A stretch of 25,561 nucleotides of DNA from Chiloscyllium plagiosum (lineage: Eukaryota): the NCBI RefSeq assembly GCF_004010195.1, contig NC_057755.1, positions 9,800,202-9,825,762 of the forward strand, read 5' to 3'. Shown piece by piece: positions 21,714 to 25,561 of the stretch (positions are counted from its first letter, which is position 1; each line of letters begins with the position of its first letter). Made by a program: the position numbers and the translations under genes. Under the pieces are notes generated by a model, which did not search any database, was not told the origin of the DNA, and saw only the letters and a list, made by a program, of their open reading frames with translations.

Positions 21714-21889
21714 GGTTAAAAATCACACAACACCAGGTTATAGTCCAACAGGTTTATTTGGAAGCACTAGCTTTCGAGATGCTGCCCCTTCGAAGGAGAG
21801 TGCTTCCAAATAAACCTGTTGGACAATAACCTGGTGTTGGGTGACTTGTAAACATTGTCCACCCCAGTTCAACGCCAGCACGTCCAAAA
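21714..21889. mobile_element. PLE fold-back element (family of 109-284, opposite orientation)
   Basis: Same arm sequence AAAATCACACAACACCAGGTTATAGTCC, with the extension on the right. 13-bp TSD GTTGTGAAACTTG / GTTGTGACATTTG (21701-21713, 21890-21902). Confidence 0.85.
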
Positions 21890-22314
21890 GTTGTGACATT
21901 TGAAAGGGTTCAATAAAGATTTGCAAGGATGTTGCCAGGATTGGAGGTTTTGAGCAATAAGGAGAGGCTGAATTGGCTGGGGCGATTTTCCCTGGAGTAT
22001 CGTAGGGGTGACCTTGTGTAGATTTATAAAGCCATGAGGGGCATGGATAAGGTAAATAGACAAGATCTTTTCCCTGGGGTGAGGGAGTCCAGATCTGGAG
22101 GGCATAGGTTAGGGTGAGAAGGGAAAATGTAAAAGGGACATAGGAGGGAACTTTTTCCACACAGAGGGTGGTACAGTATGGAATGAGCTTTCAGAGGAAG
22201 TGGTGGAGGCTGGTACAATTACAACACTTAAAAGGCATCTGGATGGGTATATGAGTACCAAGGGTTTAGAGGGTATGGGCCAAATGCTGACGAATGGGAC
22301 TAGGTTAATTTAAG

Positions 22315-22575
22315 GGAAGGTTCAGTAGTTAGCACTGCTGCCTCACAGCACCAAGGTCCCAGGTTCGATTCCAGCCTCGGGCGACTGTCTGTGTGGCGTT
22401 TGCACATTCTCCCCGTGTCTGCGTGTGTTTCCTCCGGGTGCTCCCACAGTCCAAAGGTGTGCAGGTGAATTGGCCATGGTAAATTGCCCGTAGTGTTAGG
22501 TGCATTAGTCAGACGGAAATGGTCTGTGTGGCCTGGTTGGGCCGAAGGGCCTGTTTCCGCATTGTAGAGAATCTA
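22315..22575 (+). mobile_element. HE1-type (V-SINE) tRNA-derived SINE
   Basis: AGCACTGCTGCCTCACAGC head, B box GGTTCGATTCC (22362-22372), V-domain TGTGTGG…TTTGCACATTCTCCCCGTGTCTGCGTG and CR1-like tail GGGCCGAAGGGCCTGTTTCC. Confidence 0.9.
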
Positions 22576-22829
22576 AAGATATCTGGTCAGCATGAACTGG
22601 CAGGGAATAGATGGATATGGACCATGTGCAGGCAGCTGAGATTAGTTTGGAATGCCATCATGGTTGTCACAGACCTGATGGGCCAGGAGGTCTGTTCCTG
22701 TGCTGTACTGTTCTATGTTCAGTGGTTATTGTGGTTCTAAAAAAAAAGTGTTAGTGGGGAGGATATTATCATGGAATGTAGCCTGGCTAGCACAAAAGGG
22801 AACGATATAATGTGTGTCACAGGGATGTG

Positions 22830-23990
22830 TTCTTGGATCTCAAGCACTCACAATTTGTATCAATGATTTAGAATGAGGGGCAGAAGGTGTTTGTCCAATG
22901 CTGATGAGACATAGATTGGAAAGTAAGTTGTGGAGAGTGCATAAGTCTCTAAAATGTTTTACATGTGTTAGATGAGTGGGCAAGGATGTGGCAAATGGAG
23001 TGTAATGTGGGAAAATGTGACAGTCCAATTGGCAAAAAGAATAAAAAAACATATTAAATGGTGAGAGATCAGAGCCCTAAGATGCAAAGGAATCTGGATG
23101 TTCTCATATACAAATTACAAAAGAGTAGTGTGCAGGTACAGTAAGTAATTAGGAAAACCAGGAGAATTGAATGCAGAAGTGGGAATGATATTCCTTGTGA
23201 AACAGGGCACTGCTGAGACCACAACCTGAATACTATGTGCAGCTTCAGTCCCTTTAATTAAGGAATAATGTAAACGTGAATGTACAGTTCAGAGCGGGTT
23301 TACCAAACCAATACCTGGAATTGTCTTATTAGGGAAAAATTGGAAGTGACTTGATGGAAGTATCCAAAACTTGCAGCCTTGGGTGAGTATCTGTGTGGAG
23401 TTTACATGTTCTCCCTGTCTATGTGGGTTTCCTCCATGTACTCTGGCTTCCTCCCACAGTCCAAAAATGTGCAGGTGAAGTGAACTGGCCATGCTAAATT
23501 GCCCATCGTGTCTAGGGGTGCATAGGCTAGGTGGATTAACCATGGGAATGGAGAGTTAAAGGGAAAGGGTAGGGGAGTGGAGTGGGTCTGGGTCTGGGTG
23601 GGATGAGATGCTATTCGGAGGGTCAGTGTGGTCTCAATGGGCCGAATGACCTGCCTCTGCAGTTGTGGGATTCTATGCTATAATTCTACAAAATCATGAG
23701 TTCTTGACAATGTAGATGGATGCTTCCTCTTCTGGGAAGATCTGGAGGGAGGAGTCACTATTTAAAAATCAGATATTGCCTTGTTTCTGTTTAAATGGGC
23801 AATGTTTTTGAAGGTCTTGAGTCTTTGGAGCTGCTTTCCTGAAGAGGTGGCGAATATATTGAAGGCAGTGGTAGACGTACTTCAATTAGCAACAGGATGG
23901 CGGGTTGCAAGGGAGAGGCGAGAATGCAGATTTTAAGTTACAGTCAAGAGGGTGAATGGCTGCACCGTCTGTTTCTGAATGTTTGTTCAT
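22830..23990 (+). mobile_element. Old CR1 LINE (RT to 3' end), interrupted by an HE1 SINE
   Basis: Decayed GSVLG…ADET…, WQMECNVGKC and …RPQPEYYVQ remnants. Confidence 0.7.
23372..23688 (+). mobile_element. 5'-truncated HE1-type SINE
   Basis: V-domain and CCCACAGTCCAAA…GGCCATGCTAAATTGCCC shared with 22315-22575. ATTCTATG tail. Confidence 0.85.
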
Positions 23991-24010
23991 ATCTTGCCTC
24001 GCTCCCACTA

Positions 24011-24296
24011 CAGGGTCCTTGGGGCCTTTTTGGAATTCGGAACTTTTCAAATTTCGGAATACGTGACATCTTCACAGTGAAATTAAAAAACTATTAGCTA
24101 ACAGCAGATGCACGTGTGAGTAGTACGAGTGCTGAGACGCAGTTGATCCCTGTCAGTGTTGGGCCACACTGCCACGTCACAGATGAGTGATGTGCTTCAA
24201 GTGGGTGTGGAGTTGGGTCACCTGTTCACACACCAAAATGACACTCTCACTCCACGAAAAAGATTTTGGAATTTCGGATAAAGGATTGTGCACCTC
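24011..24296. mobile_element. Tc1/mariner-pogo (Tigger-like) MITE relic
   Basis: TA|CAGG … CGGATAAAGGATTGTGCACCTC|TA with subterminal TTTCGGA repeats. The left TIR is partly deleted. Confidence 0.55.
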
Positions 24297-24999
24297 TATC
24301 ACCACCTGAACTGGTGCAGAGGTCCAATAACAAAACACGAGAGACAATGGAAATCTTTCTCTTAAAAGAAACTCGGTCTGCCACTTGAAATGTCTGCCAG
24401 CATTTGGTGATATGGCCAGAGGATGGTACAATTTCTGTTGGTTTGTCTTCTGTGACGCATGATGAACTGGTGAACTGCAGTTCAGCATGCAGGGCACACT
24501 GGACTGCTTCCATGTTCACTGAGGACCTTTAGAAGCTGGTAACAGCAGTACCGGGGCAGATATTGCAGCATTGTCAGCAGTTCAGTGCAAGTGCCTGCAC
24601 TTCACAGCTGATGTAATATTTATCAAAATTTATAGCTCAGTAAACAGCCACTCAGTCAAGTCTCGCTGCAAAGCGATCCAACCCTGAAGAACTAACCATT
24701 TACTTTGCTCTATCTCACCTTTTGCCTTGACTTTATCTGCACTCTGGTTCTCTGTGGTTCCCTGTGGACTCTCTGGCATGCTCTTGCTCATTCACAATGT
24801 CAAATACTCCATTCTATTTCCCCCTCCCACTCCCTGGCTAGCAATCTTTCCTCCCCTTGTGATACCTTCCGTTTCTGACTGTTGTGCTCTCCTGCGCTAC
24901 CCACACTGCTGCATAATTTACCCATCGATCTACCTTCTCTCTCCCCTTCTGTTTGGACGGATGAGTTGTCAGCGCACACACCTCCTGAATATGTGGTTT

Positions 25000-25310
25000 C
25001 GTGGTCACATCCCAACTCCAGACCTTGAGCATAGAAATGAATTTTGACACTTAAGAAATGTACTGCATTTGAGTCAGTCAGCTGAGGCATGGTCTGCCAG
25101 TTGGGCTGGATATAAGATAACTTGCCACTAATTCAAAGAAAAGCAGCATTATCCCCAGTATCTGAGGCAATATATCTCCCTGGATTATGATTCGAAAAAA
25201 GAGTATCAGACCATTAACGCGTTGCTATTTGTGGAAACTTGTTGAGCATGTTTCCGACATTACAGATCATCATTAGTTGTGAAAGGCATTGCGAGGCCCA
25301 GTCAAGTTAT
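25000..25310 (+). mobile_element. Degenerate Deu-domain SINE (AmnSINE1/SacSINE1-like)
   Basis: …TTCAAAGAAAAGCAG…CCCCAGTATCTGAGGCAATAT…TTGCTATTTGTGG…TGTTTCCGACATTACA follows the Deu-SINE consensus as I recall it. Confidence 0.6.
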
Positions 25311-25561
25311 TTTTTGATCTGTCGTTCTCTTCCTGCTCTCTTCCCCTTCCCCCACTCCACTATCACGTTCTCACTCATCATCGTGCTCTCAGTGAAGCAG
25401 ATTCTGCTGTCTTCCTCCTGCTGCTCATCATTCGATCTCCCTCCATGCCCCCGTTTGACTGCTCTCTTTCCACTGTCTTCACAGTCTTCGTTCTTCGTGC
25501 CCCCCTCTCTGGCTTGCCCCCTCGCGCGTGCCCCCCCCTCTCTGCTCGCCCCTTCGCGCGT

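Larger units (their letters stand above)
21625..22610 (+). mobile_element. CR1 LINE 3' part, same subfamily as 2883-4192, interrupted by a PLE hairpin and an HE1 SINE
   Basis: LYRTSVRPL…, RKDVVKL|ERVQ…; closely matches the reverse complement of 2930-3450. Confidence 0.9.

Noticed and set aside
22320..22380. tRNA gene
   Set aside because: The B box is part of an HE1 SINE head followed by the V-domain and LINE tail. No cloverleaf.
20285..25460. Candidate next exons (acceptors near 20298, 20517, 25392)
   Set aside because: In-frame stops or no convincing donor, and no ZFP91-like or C2H2 sequence. Further exons are probably outside the window, though a tiny exon could have been missed.

Overview
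Eukaryotic (vertebrate) genomic DNA, most likely a cartilaginous fish (shark), inferred from its repeats: HE1/V-type SINEs, a Deu-type SINE, many CR1 and L2-like LINE pieces, and palindromic Penelope-like (PLE) derivatives. The window holds the 5' part of one + strand gene that I identify as ZFP91-like (ZFP91/ZNF276/ZNF653/ZNF692 family). It has a GC-rich coding exon (~1004-1353, containing RRRKSEYPRRR), a 32-nt micro-exon (15343-15374) and a 555-nt exon (19198-19752). The three splice in frame at canonical sites; the C2H2 zinc-finger exons must lie beyond the window. The rest is intron packed with nested TE relics, plus a 313-N assembly gap. Points of most interest: (1) this ZFP91-like protein carries a His/Cys module I recall from ZNF276/653/692 but not from human ZFP91; (2) the likely start codon reads ATA in an ideal Kozak context; (3) a putative 40-nt exon is split by a young CR1, and a 38-nt partner exon would restore the frame; (4) several PLE-derived fold-back elements carry minimal hammerhead ribozyme motifs, and one is folded exactly on the ribozyme's stem II. 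Family assignments come from remembered sequences, not database searches.
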